Assembly: GCA_037129415.1 (NCBI GenBank)
Contig: JBAXVB010000001.1
Coordinates: forward strand, 1,047 to 65,046
Reading direction: 5' to 3'
DNA: 64,000 nt
Origin: Deltaproteobacteria bacterium
GTDB taxonomy: Bacteria > Desulfobacterota > Desulfobacteria > Desulfobacterales > Desulfatirhabdiaceae
Position numbers and translations under genes: made by a program. The notes under the pieces were generated by a model. The model ran no database searches. It was not told where the DNA came from and saw only the letters and a list, made by a program, of their open reading frames with translations. Positions 7,629 through 15,415 of the stretch are shown here, piece after piece (position 1 is the stretch's first letter; the number at the start of each line of letters is the position of its first letter).

Positions 7629-9370
7629 CCCGCTGTCGCCGATGGTTCAGCAAGGGATATCTTTTCAATAGCTCCTGTTCGCGCTTGCCGTAGAACTCGT
7701 TCACCAATACCTCTTGCTCTTGAAAATATGGCAGTCATTCGGTCGAAGTTGATGTCAAGGCGTTTTAACTCCTTGCTGACTCCATGTATTCCCATCGTTA
7801 GTGTTTGTTCCATATTTGGAATTTGATTCAATGTTGCTGTTATTCTCAAAAATGGAGCTTTTGTTGTCAAGATAATATCTTCCAAATTAGCAAGGGCAGC
7901 TAGGTTATTAGCTAATTGTGTATGAGCTTCTTTGGAGGACGGCTGAAGTCCACTAACCCAATATTCAAGGCTTATCTCAAATCGTTTAAGCGTATTATCG
8001 CATTCCAAATTTGCTTCGGAAACTTTTTTGGCATAGTCAAATAGAAATTCAGCAAAAGTTCGACAAAATAATTGAAGCTTGCGAGCATCTGCAAGGGGAT
8101 TAGCGTAAATCTCCATTAATTTAGCGTTTTCCTCTGAACGCCTTGTACTGATCAATTCGATCCATTTAGTAAGTTGTTGTATAATTTCAGATAGTTTGGC
8201 AAAACCCTTATCCACTTCTACCTTGTGATCCAGCCACCCGAGTTCAGCGAGTTCTTTTGGACCATCTTCTACTTCTTTTTGGTCGCATAGTTGTTTTGTT
8301 AATGCGGGTTCCGTAAAATCTTTATTTACAAAAAGCATTGTCTTATCGATAGCTTCTGCCCGTACTTGCCGTAGAACTTGTTCACCAATACATCTTACTC
8401 TTGAATACATGACTAACGATTGATCGAAGTTGATAGCAAAGTGTCTTAGCGCTTTGCATGTTTCCAGTGTTGCGAGCGTTAGCTTTCGTTCTATTATTGG
8501 CATTTGTTCTAACGTCTCAATCAACCTTAAATTCGTAGCTTTTGCTGTCAATAAAGAATTTTCAACAACAGCAAGGGCAGCTAAGTTATTAGCTAACTTT
8601 GTACGTTGATCTTCGGAGGACGGCACTTGCCCATAAATATATTCAAGGCTTGGTCCTAATCGTTTTATCATTTTATCGTGCTCGAAATTTAATTCGGAAA
8701 CCTTTTTGGCATAGTCAGAATGAGATTCAGCAAAAGCTCGACAAAGCATCTGAGCCTTGCGAGCATCTACAGGATGATTAGCGTGAATCTCCAATAATTT
8801 AGCGTTTAGCTCTGAACATCTTGTACTGATCGAAATAGTCGATTCACTATGTTGTTTCATAATTTCAGTCAGTTTTGCTTGCCCATTATCAATTTCTACC
8901 TTGTGATCCCAAAACCCAAATTCAGTGTGTTCTTTTGTATCATCAGAAATTTCTTTTGGGTCACCTATATGTTTTGTTAATGCTGATTCCGTAAAATCTT
9001 TAATTGGGCTGCCTAACGGGATCTGATTTTTATAATCTGGTGTTGGTTCTGGTTCTGGTTCTTTATTTATCAATGTGCCGCAATGTGAACAGTATTTTGA
9101 TTCATCAGGAATCTGTTTTCCACAATTTGAACAGTACAATGTAGAATTTATTCCTTCCCTTTTATCAAGCTTTTTCCTCTCAGATGCTTCATCAGCGGCT
9201 TTAAACGCTTCATCTGCTTTTTGTTTTTCGTCAACCTCTCCTGAATTCTTATTTATGGAAAACATAATATCGCAATTCTTACATTTTACATAAGCTCCAG
9301 CTTCAGGAATTTTTTTGTCATCAACGTTGTCGGCAGTATTGCAATTCGGACAAAGAATTCTCATCTTCAT
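7625..9370 (-). CDS. MJ0042-type zinc-ribbon protein with second zinc ribbon and an internally duplicated ~220-aa all-alpha domain
   Basis: 581 aa. The N-terminus is 'MRILCPNCNTADNVDDKKIPEAGAYVKCKNCDIMFSI' and the second ribbon is 'CSNCGKQIPDESKYCSHCG'. Residues ~124-349 and ~350-569 are clear paralogous repeats (KDFTE(S/P)ALTK...LANNLAALA...INFD...). No TM segment is seen. Confidence 0.7.
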   Translation of the reverse strand: MKMRILCPNCNTADNVDDKKIPEAGAYVKCKNCDIMFSINKNSGEVDEKQKADEAFKAADEASERKKLDKREGINSTLYCSNCGKQIPDESKYCSHCGTLINKEPEPEPTPDYKNQIPLGSPIKDFTESALTKHIGDPKEISDDTKEHTEFGFWDHKVEIDNGQAKLTEIMKQHSESTISISTRCSELNAKLLEIHANHPVDARKAQMLCRAFAESHSDYAKKVSELNFEHDKMIKRLGPSLEYIYGQVPSSEDQRTKLANNLAALAVVENSLLTAKATNLRLIETLEQMPIIERKLTLATLETCKALRHFAINFDQSLVMYSRVRCIGEQVLRQVRAEAIDKTMLFVNKDFTEPALTKQLCDQKEVEDGPKELAELGWLDHKVEVDKGFAKLSEIIQQLTKWIELISTRRSEENAKLMEIYANPLADARKLQLFCRTFAEFLFDYAKKVSEANLECDNTLKRFEISLEYWVSGLQPSSKEAHTQLANNLAALANLEDIILTTKAPFLRITATLNQIPNMEQTLTMGIHGVSKELKRLDINFDRMTAIFSRARGIGERVLRQARTGAIEKISLAEPSATAG

Positions 9371-9419
9371 TTCCTTTGTAATTCGAGTAATGATCGAATA
9401 GATTAACAGAACACCGTTT

Positions 9420-9525
9420 GAATTGACATTTGGGCAATGAACAAAAAATCGTATGTTTTATATGGGTTCAGGCTGATATGGTCTTAAAACGTTTCTCTGC
9501 AAGGCTTCTGTTCATCAGAATCTAA
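9420..9525. repeat. intergenic repeat element copy R2
   Basis: gaattgacatttgggcaatgaacaaaaaatcg...gctgatatggtcttaaaacgtttctctgcaaggcttctgttcatcagaatctaa. The terminal imperfect inverted repeat is ATGAACA/TGTTCAT. Confidence 0.85.
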
Positions 9526-9573
9526 TCTGTTTCATAATCTCTAAGCAATTCTGATGCTTTTTCGAAAGGAAAA

Positions 9574-10524
9574 CTATTTCATTAAATTGCACTCATTTAA
9601 AGTATTTATTGCCTTTAAAAGCAAAATTGGCTTTGCTTTTTTATAATATTCTGAAGCTTGACTCAAATGATTTATGCCTGTCATAGCTCCCTTATCTCTA
9701 TCATTCCACATTTGTCTTAATGGGTTTTCAAGTAATTCTACTGAATCTTCAATAGCTTCATAATATAATTTTGAATTCCAGTTCAAATCATCATAATACC
9801 ATTTATCCCTTATGTTTTTATAAATGTTATAGACAAGTTCAAGTTTGGCTTTGTTTGGTGAATTGAGAAGATTTAAGTTATATTTTGCATCACGTAAGGT
9901 TTCGTCAAATACAAGAATTGTAACTCCTGTTTCCAGATAGGATTCAATTTTTTTCAAAGATTTCCATGCGGCAACATATTCCGCACTATATTTCTGAGAA
10001 ATAAAAAAGTGATATATGCCAAACAATAAACCGATTGATATGGTAACTGCTAACGCCGTATATTTTAAAGTCTTTTTGTTTTTATCAAGAATTTCCTCTG
10101 CCTTTTGTTTTCCATCAGCGGTATTTAATGATTCCTCAGCCTTCTTCAATGCTTCTTTTAGCCTCAATACTTCCTCAGCCTTTGATTCTTCATGAATCTT
10201 AGGTTCTTCTTCAGCCTTGAACTCTTCTACTGTTTTTGGTTCTTCCAGAATCTTTTTCTTTTTCAGATTCTCTTCATAAATTCTGTAATAAATCCCGCAA
10301 TATGGGCATTCTAAATCATTTGAATTCCTGTTACGGGAGCATTTAGGACATTTTTCTTCAGTCCTTAATTCATTGTGAATTATCGGCTTTTCCTCCGCTT
10401 CCAGAGTATCCTTTTTTATGAAAAATTTGGTTTCGCATTTGCATTTTATATTAGCTCCTGCATCAGGGATTTTTGAATCATCAACTTGATAAACTTTTTT
10501 ACAATCAGGACATTGGATTTTCAT
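9574..10524 (-). CDS. MJ0042-type double zinc-ribbon, single-pass membrane protein
   Basis: 316 aa. It has 'MKIQCPDCKKVYQVDDSKIPDAGANIKCKC', then 'CPKCSRNRNSNDLECPYCGIYYRIYEE', then an E/K-rich coiled coil, then a TM 'ALAVTISIGLLFGIYHFFI' and a C-terminal domain. Confidence 0.7.
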   Translation of the reverse strand: MKIQCPDCKKVYQVDDSKIPDAGANIKCKCETKFFIKKDTLEAEEKPIIHNELRTEEKCPKCSRNRNSNDLECPYCGIYYRIYEENLKKKKILEEPKTVEEFKAEEEPKIHEESKAEEVLRLKEALKKAEESLNTADGKQKAEEILDKNKKTLKYTALAVTISIGLLFGIYHFFISQKYSAEYVAAWKSLKKIESYLETGVTILVFDETLRDAKYNLNLLNSPNKAKLELVYNIYKNIRDKWYYDDLNWNSKLYYEAIEDSVELLENPLRQMWNDRDKGAMTGINHLSQASEYYKKAKPILLLKAINTLNECNLMK

Positions 10525-10677
10525 TTTCTTCCTTTGGAATCCGATTGAAATAGGAATTCAAATATTTGTTTACTGAATTATGTAGGTACAAGATCAATTG
10601 GTTTTGCTGGGATTGAACGCCGTTTGTAATGATGTTCTTGTCTGACTTGTTTGAGTTCATTTTCTTGATCTATGCAA

Positions 10678-11379
10678 TCACATTGAAATTCTGACTTTCT
10701 TGCGGGCATTGCCTACTCCCCATTCCTCAATCAACAAGATGCCATTTGACGAAGATTTTGCATCAAAAACAACATAAGTTTTAAGGGTGCTTCCAGGTTC
10801 AAATATTGTTGAACTATTATCATCATATCCAATCTGGTATTTTGCATAAACACTCATTGATGATTGCGGATACTGAGTACCATTTGATAAAATCGTCATC
10901 CTGCCATAGTATCTGGGTTTGTTTGAAATATTCTTCAATTGAAGCTCAACAACAATGAATGTGCCATCTGACGGCTTCTGAGGATTTGACTCGGAACCCA
11001 AGGAAGAAAATCTTCTTACATTAGTAATCTTCCATTCAAAACCATCATGATTGAATGTCTGATATTGACTAAGAATCTCTTCTTCAGCTTCTTTTATTCG
11101 CCTTTGATCTTCTTCTGCTGCATTTTTCTCTTCTGCAACTTTTGCTCTTTTCTCTTCATTCGCTTGAATTCGAGAATCTGATTCCTCCCGCATTGAATTT
11201 ATATACCCTGGTGATTCACTGAAGGAGTTGATTCTCTCTTTAAATTCACACTTTGCATCAGGAGGAGGGGAGTCAGTAAATATTGTTTTCCCGCTACTGG
11301 TTACGCATTTGTAATATTCAGCATCAGAAACAGTTGATAGGGATATAATAACGCAAAGTGTTAAAACTATTCGTTTCAT
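10678..11379 (-). CDS. secreted protein, DUF4124-like N-terminus + DUF4352-like beta-sandwich C-terminus
   Basis: 233 aa. The signal peptide is MKRIVLTLCVIISLSTVSDA. 'YYKCVTSSGKTIFTDSPPP' is a DUF4124-type motif. The C-terminus has 'FIVVELQLKNISNKP...' (DUF4352-like). Confidence 0.6.
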   Translation of the reverse strand: MKRIVLTLCVIISLSTVSDAEYYKCVTSSGKTIFTDSPPPDAKCEFKERINSFSESPGYINSMREESDSRIQANEEKRAKVAEEKNAAEEDQRRIKEAEEEILSQYQTFNHDGFEWKITNVRRFSSLGSESNPQKPSDGTFIVVELQLKNISNKPRYYGRMTILSNGTQYPQSSMSVYAKYQIGYDDNSSTIFEPGSTLKTYVVFDAKSSSNGILLIEEWGVGNARKKVRISM

Positions 11380-11577
11380 TATGGCTCCCGTATTATTGGT
11401 TTGGAAAATGAGTTCTGCTGGGATTGAATTGTTAGCGGAATGCTTTTGTAATTGTCGTTTGATTAATTCTATTCATTGTTATCAACTAAAACTACTCCGA
11501 CATAAATGATATTCCGTCCAGATTACGGTGATCATGTTTAACTCACGCTCCTGATGCTCTGGTGCAACTCCTGCCCT

Positions 11578-12729
11578 TCATTTCGATTGTTTATTTGTTA
11601 GTGCATTTATTGCTTTTAAATCATAAGCATTTTTCTCATCATCGGTCATTGGTGAAATTGTATTTTCGTCTCGATTATCCTGCTCTTTGGTACTTTTGAC
11701 AGTGTCAGTTTGCGGTTGATTGATTTCCCGAATCTCTTTTACGCTATTCAAATTGACGTTAAATTTACCGTCATTATTGGATATATGAATAACGTTATCC
11801 TGTTTCTGATAAGAAGTAGCAAACAATATCTTACCGCTGTTTAATACTATTTCATATTTATGAGGAAGATCGTTTGCCGTATTTTTCGGAATAGGATTTG
11901 GTTCAGTTTCATCTTGAATCGTATTTTGTGAATTATTATTGAGTGTAGATTTTTCATTATATTTTGAAAACAGTACAGTATTATCTGCTTTCAGAACATT
12001 GAAATCCGTTTTGATCTGGCATTCTATAATTCCTGATCTGGTATTAAATGTGTTGTAGTAACTGGGAATATCCATATAAATTGTTTGAGATGATTTATGA
12101 AGTTTTTTAATAAGTTTAGTAATTTGACTTCCCTTGATAGGTTTTGTTAGTGAACCGTTGTTCTCGTAAAGCGAACAATAACATGTAACTGACCATCCTT
12201 CCCAATGGATATTAGAATACAATATTGAAAAACTGAATGATTTATCCTTTTCGCTGGTTGTTGATAACTGAATCTGATCAACCCTTTTCAAATCACCTTT
12301 TTTCTGCATAATGCCAGAAAAATATTCTTCATTCCTATTACCAATGTGCTGCAAACCAGACACACTGAATTCGTAATTTGATGGTTCATTGCAAATTTTC
12401 AATCGTTTTGAAAAAGAATGCCTGTTGTTACTCTTGTAAGACGGCTCGATAATATTGATGTGTATTCTTTCTCGCCATAATTCATTATCTGAAAAACCGT
12501 GGAGATATATGATAATAGCAACATTTTCAAACGTAAATTGGGAATTATTGATAATTTCGCCATTCAGATAACAATCGCTATATTTTTGAATTGGCGGATA
12601 ATATGATAAATAACTGAAAGAGAAAATATCGTCAATTTTTGTGGTGAATGCTACGGCAGGGCTGCAAAAAAATATACAAAAGAAGGAAACAATAATTGAA
12701 AAAAGAACACTGATAAATATGGTTCTCAT
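11578..12729 (-). CDS. exported hypothetical protein (shares leader and signal peptide with 13859..15262)
   Basis: 383 aa. The N-terminus 'MRTIFISVLFSIIVSFFCIFFCSPAVA' is a signal peptide. No recognisable domain. Confidence 0.6.
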   Translation of the reverse strand: MRTIFISVLFSIIVSFFCIFFCSPAVAFTTKIDDIFSFSYLSYYPPIQKYSDCYLNGEIINNSQFTFENVAIIIYLHGFSDNELWRERIHINIIEPSYKSNNRHSFSKRLKICNEPSNYEFSVSGLQHIGNRNEEYFSGIMQKKGDLKRVDQIQLSTTSEKDKSFSFSILYSNIHWEGWSVTCYCSLYENNGSLTKPIKGSQITKLIKKLHKSSQTIYMDIPSYYNTFNTRSGIIECQIKTDFNVLKADNTVLFSKYNEKSTLNNNSQNTIQDETEPNPIPKNTANDLPHKYEIVLNSGKILFATSYQKQDNVIHISNNDGKFNVNLNSVKEIREINQPQTDTVKSTKEQDNRDENTISPMTDDEKNAYDLKAINALTNKQSK

Positions 12730-12894
12730 AAGAAATCCCTATTTGTTCACTTCATAAAGGACAAAATTCTGTATCGGATGATCAGCGTTTTGAGTTTAAA
12801 AATAATTTCTTTTCAAAAAGGACGGTTATTGTTGTCAATACAAAAATCAAAATTTCTTCAATTTTATCTGACTGGATCGATATAATGAATCCTG

Positions 12895-12995
12895 GAATTT
12901 GAACAATGAACAAAAAAGGTGACGGTTTTATATGGTTTCTGGCTGATATGGTCTTAAAACGCTTTTCTGCGAGGCTTCTTTTCATCAGAAGCTAA
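12895..12995. repeat. intergenic repeat element copy R3
   Basis: ggaatttgaacaatgaacaaaaaaggtgacggttttatatggtttctggctgatatggtcttaaaacgcttttctgcgaggcttcttttcatcagaagctaa. Confidence 0.85.
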
Positions 12996-13005
12996 TTTAT
13001 TGTGT

Positions 13006-13818
13006 CTATTTAATCGTATTTAAGACTTTTGCCGCCATCTCTTTGGCTTTTTCATCGTTATACGCATCAATTTTTTTCATGATAAAAAATAACTCAATTA
13101 AAGCTATAAAGCACGGAATGAAAGTCCAAATAAACAGGGCATAAATAACACCTAACCCAACCTTCCTCATGTAAAAATGATGTGCGCCGAACCCTCCAAG
13201 AAATAAATTAAGCAAAAACCCAGTGGTACGATTCAATCGAACTTTGTTCATCTCAGATTGAAACACCATCTTTTGAGAATCATTCATATCCCTCATCAAA
13301 ATGAGTTCAGTGTAATCCCTTTGTTTCGCTTTTTCACTTGCTTTTTCACTTGCTTTTTTTCGAATCTCATTATTCTCTTTAATATCCCTATTCGATTTTT
13401 CAATTGCTGCTTCCCATTTCGGCTTAAAATCCCCATACGCTTTTTCAATTGCTGGTTTCCATTTCAGCTTAAAATCCCTGTACACTTTTTCAATTGCTGC
13501 TTCCCATTTCATCTTAAAATCCCTATACTCTTTTTCATTTGTTGCTTCCCAATTAAAAGTTTCCTGAAATTTTGGTTCTTTTTCTTTTTTTGTATCAAGA
13601 TTATCTTTATATTTTTCGTAAATAATTCCACATTTTGAGCATTCTAAATCATTTGTTTTCCGATTATGTGAACACTTAGGACAAATCCCTGAACTCTTAT
13701 TTATTGAAAACAAAATATTGCAATTCGTACATTTTACAAAAATCCCAGCTTCAGGAATTTTAGAATCATCAAATTGATAAACTTTTTTGCATTCAGGATT
13801 CGGACATTGGGTTTTCAT
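13006..13818 (-). CDS. MJ0042-type double zinc-ribbon protein with C-terminal TM2 domain
   Basis: 270 aa. It has 'MKTQCPNPECKKVYQFDDSKIPEAGIFVKCTNCNILFSI' and 'CPKCSHNRKTNDLECSKCGIIYEKYKD'. W(E/K)(A/P)AIEK.Y.DFK repeats follow. TM2 signature: 'LFLGGFGAHHFYMRKVGLGVIYALFIW'. Confidence 0.75.
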   Translation of the reverse strand: MKTQCPNPECKKVYQFDDSKIPEAGIFVKCTNCNILFSINKSSGICPKCSHNRKTNDLECSKCGIIYEKYKDNLDTKKEKEPKFQETFNWEATNEKEYRDFKMKWEAAIEKVYRDFKLKWKPAIEKAYGDFKPKWEAAIEKSNRDIKENNEIRKKASEKASEKAKQRDYTELILMRDMNDSQKMVFQSEMNKVRLNRTTGFLLNLFLGGFGAHHFYMRKVGLGVIYALFIWTFIPCFIALIELFFIMKKIDAYNDEKAKEMAAKVLNTIK

Positions 13819-13858
13819 CTTTCATTTCCTTGGAAATCCGATTGAAAGAAATTCAAAA

Positions 13859-15262
13859 TTAAGCGGATTGGTCTTTGTTACAAAACCTGCAAATTTTAGC
13901 TTTTGCCTTTATTGTCTCAGCGCAATAAGGACATTTCTTTGTATCAGATAAATCAGGTGTCTCTATCTTTTGACTGGTGTTCTGCTCGTTTTTTATACGA
14001 TTTGAGATATTAAGTATAACTCCGATAAGCAGAATAATCCCTGAAGCAATGAGAAAATTTTGTTTCTCATTCATTAATCCAATGTTGTGGATTCGATTAC
14101 CGCTTAGAGAAGGTACGCTGGTACCCATAGAAAGGGATACAATCAAGGCAATTATACCTACTGCAATTAATATTCGATCTATTGTCCATCTACTGAAGGA
14201 ATAACTGCCATTCGGCTGCGCATTAAAAGGCTTTGGTTCCTCATCTTGTTTCGCTTTTTCTCTTGCTTTATTTCGCATCTCGTTATTCTCTTTAAAATCC
14301 CTATAAGCTTTTTCAATTGCTGGTTTCCATTTCTCCTTAAAATCCCTATACACTTTTTCACTTGCTGCTTCCCATAAATTTTTATATACGGGGAACATAA
14401 TACCGCAATTCTTGCATTTTACATAAGCTCCTCCACTTGGGATTATTTTTTCATCAATGTCAAAAATATTTTTGCAATTTGGACAAGAATTATCAGGATA
14501 AAAACTCTTTTGATTTGTTGAAGCCATTTTAAATTTAAGTGCAACAATCTTCAAATAGGATTTTATTTTTATGATTGTTATTAAATAATACTTTCGACAA
14601 ATGAAAAATACGATTGCAAGTCCTATTACGATTGCAAGTCCTATTATGATTGTAATGAGCTTTTTCACTATAAGCTCATTCTGCTTTTTCTTAATTTCTT
14701 CCTGTTTTTTATTTTTTTCTATCTCATTCTGTAATTTTAAATTTTCTTCTTTTTCTCTCCTAAGCTTTTCATCATACGTTTTCTGTATCCTTAATGTTTC
14801 TTCCTGCTTTTTAATACTATCTTTTTCTACCTCATTCTGTAATCTTATCGTTTCTTGTCGTTTTTTAAACCATTCCTTTTCATCATACATCTTCTGCAAT
14901 CTTAAAGTTTCTACCTTCTTTATAATTCTTTCCTCTTCCTCTTTTTGCAATCTTAAAGTTTCTTCATCCTGCTTTTTAATCTTTTCATCTTCCTCTTTTT
15001 TTAGTCTTAACTTTTTTTCTTGTTTTTCTTGGTTTTCTTTATTTTTTTTGGGTTCATGAGCATTCTTGACAGGTTCAGATTTTTCGATTGTATTATCTGG
15101 GATTGATTTCTGATTATTATTTTTTTGTTTTTCTATTTGGCGGTATTCAAATTCAGAAATAATATTCCCGTCAGCATTGTAATATGTTGTTTCTGCAACT
15201 GCAAAAGATACGCAAAGGAAGGAAACAATAATTGAAAGAACACTGATAAATATGGTTCTCAT
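13859..15262 (-). CDS. multi-pass membrane protein: signal/TM + coiled-coil repeats + internal MJ0042-type zinc ribbon + C-terminal zinc ribbon
   Basis: 467 aa. The N-terminus is 'MRTIFISVLSIIVSFLCVSFAVA', followed by ETLRLQK-type repeats and TM helices. The internal ribbon is 'CPNCKNIFDIDEKIIPSGGAYVKCKNCGIMFPV', then 'KVYRDFKEKWKPAIEKAYRDFK' as in 13006..13818. The C-terminal ribbon is 'CPYCAETIKAKAKICRFC'. Confidence 0.7.
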   Translation of the reverse strand: MRTIFISVLSIIVSFLCVSFAVAETTYYNADGNIISEFEYRQIEKQKNNNQKSIPDNTIEKSEPVKNAHEPKKNKENQEKQEKKLRLKKEEDEKIKKQDEETLRLQKEEEERIIKKVETLRLQKMYDEKEWFKKRQETIRLQNEVEKDSIKKQEETLRIQKTYDEKLRREKEENLKLQNEIEKNKKQEEIKKKQNELIVKKLITIIIGLAIVIGLAIVFFICRKYYLITIIKIKSYLKIVALKFKMASTNQKSFYPDNSCPNCKNIFDIDEKIIPSGGAYVKCKNCGIMFPVYKNLWEAASEKVYRDFKEKWKPAIEKAYRDFKENNEMRNKAREKAKQDEEPKPFNAQPNGSYSFSRWTIDRILIAVGIIALIVSLSMGTSVPSLSGNRIHNIGLMNEKQNFLIASGIILLIGVILNISNRIKNEQNTSQKIETPDLSDTKKCPYCAETIKAKAKICRFCNKDQSA

Positions 15263-15341
15263 AAGAAATCCCTATTTGTTCACTTCATGAAGGACAAAAT
15301 TCTTTTATCGGATGAATCGGCATTTTGAATCAATAAGAATT

Positions 15342-15380
15342 AATGAATCCTGGAATTTGAGCAACGAGCAAAAAAGTGAG
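15342..15380. repeat. partial copy (left ~40 bp) of the intergenic repeat element
   Basis: aatgaatcctggaatttgagcaacgagcaaaaaagtgag matches the left flank and start of R3. A still shorter trace lies at 16536-16555. Confidence 0.6.
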
Positions 15381-15415
15381 GGAATTAAGACAAAACTATA
15401 TTGTAACACATAACG

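Noticed and set aside
12782-12985. 67-aa ORF over intergenic repeat R3
   Set aside because: The homologous frame is interrupted by stops after 5 codons in R1 and 15 codons in R2. Conservation is therefore at the nucleotide level, not the protein level.
7532-12995. Idea that the repeated intergenic elements are integron attC sites or a CRISPR array
   Set aside because: No IntI-type integrase or attI is adjacent. The R''/R' core sites (RYYYAAC/GTTRRRY) are not convincingly present. The units are ~100 bp and separated by whole genes of 0.2-3.4 kb rather than regular 30-40-bp spacers, and there are no cas genes.
13258-15059. Plus-strand ORFs 13258..13638, 13977..14204 and 14601..15059
   Set aside because: They are antisense to Lys/Glu-rich repeat regions of real minus-strand genes. 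Their translations are Phe/Ser/Cys/Leu low complexity.
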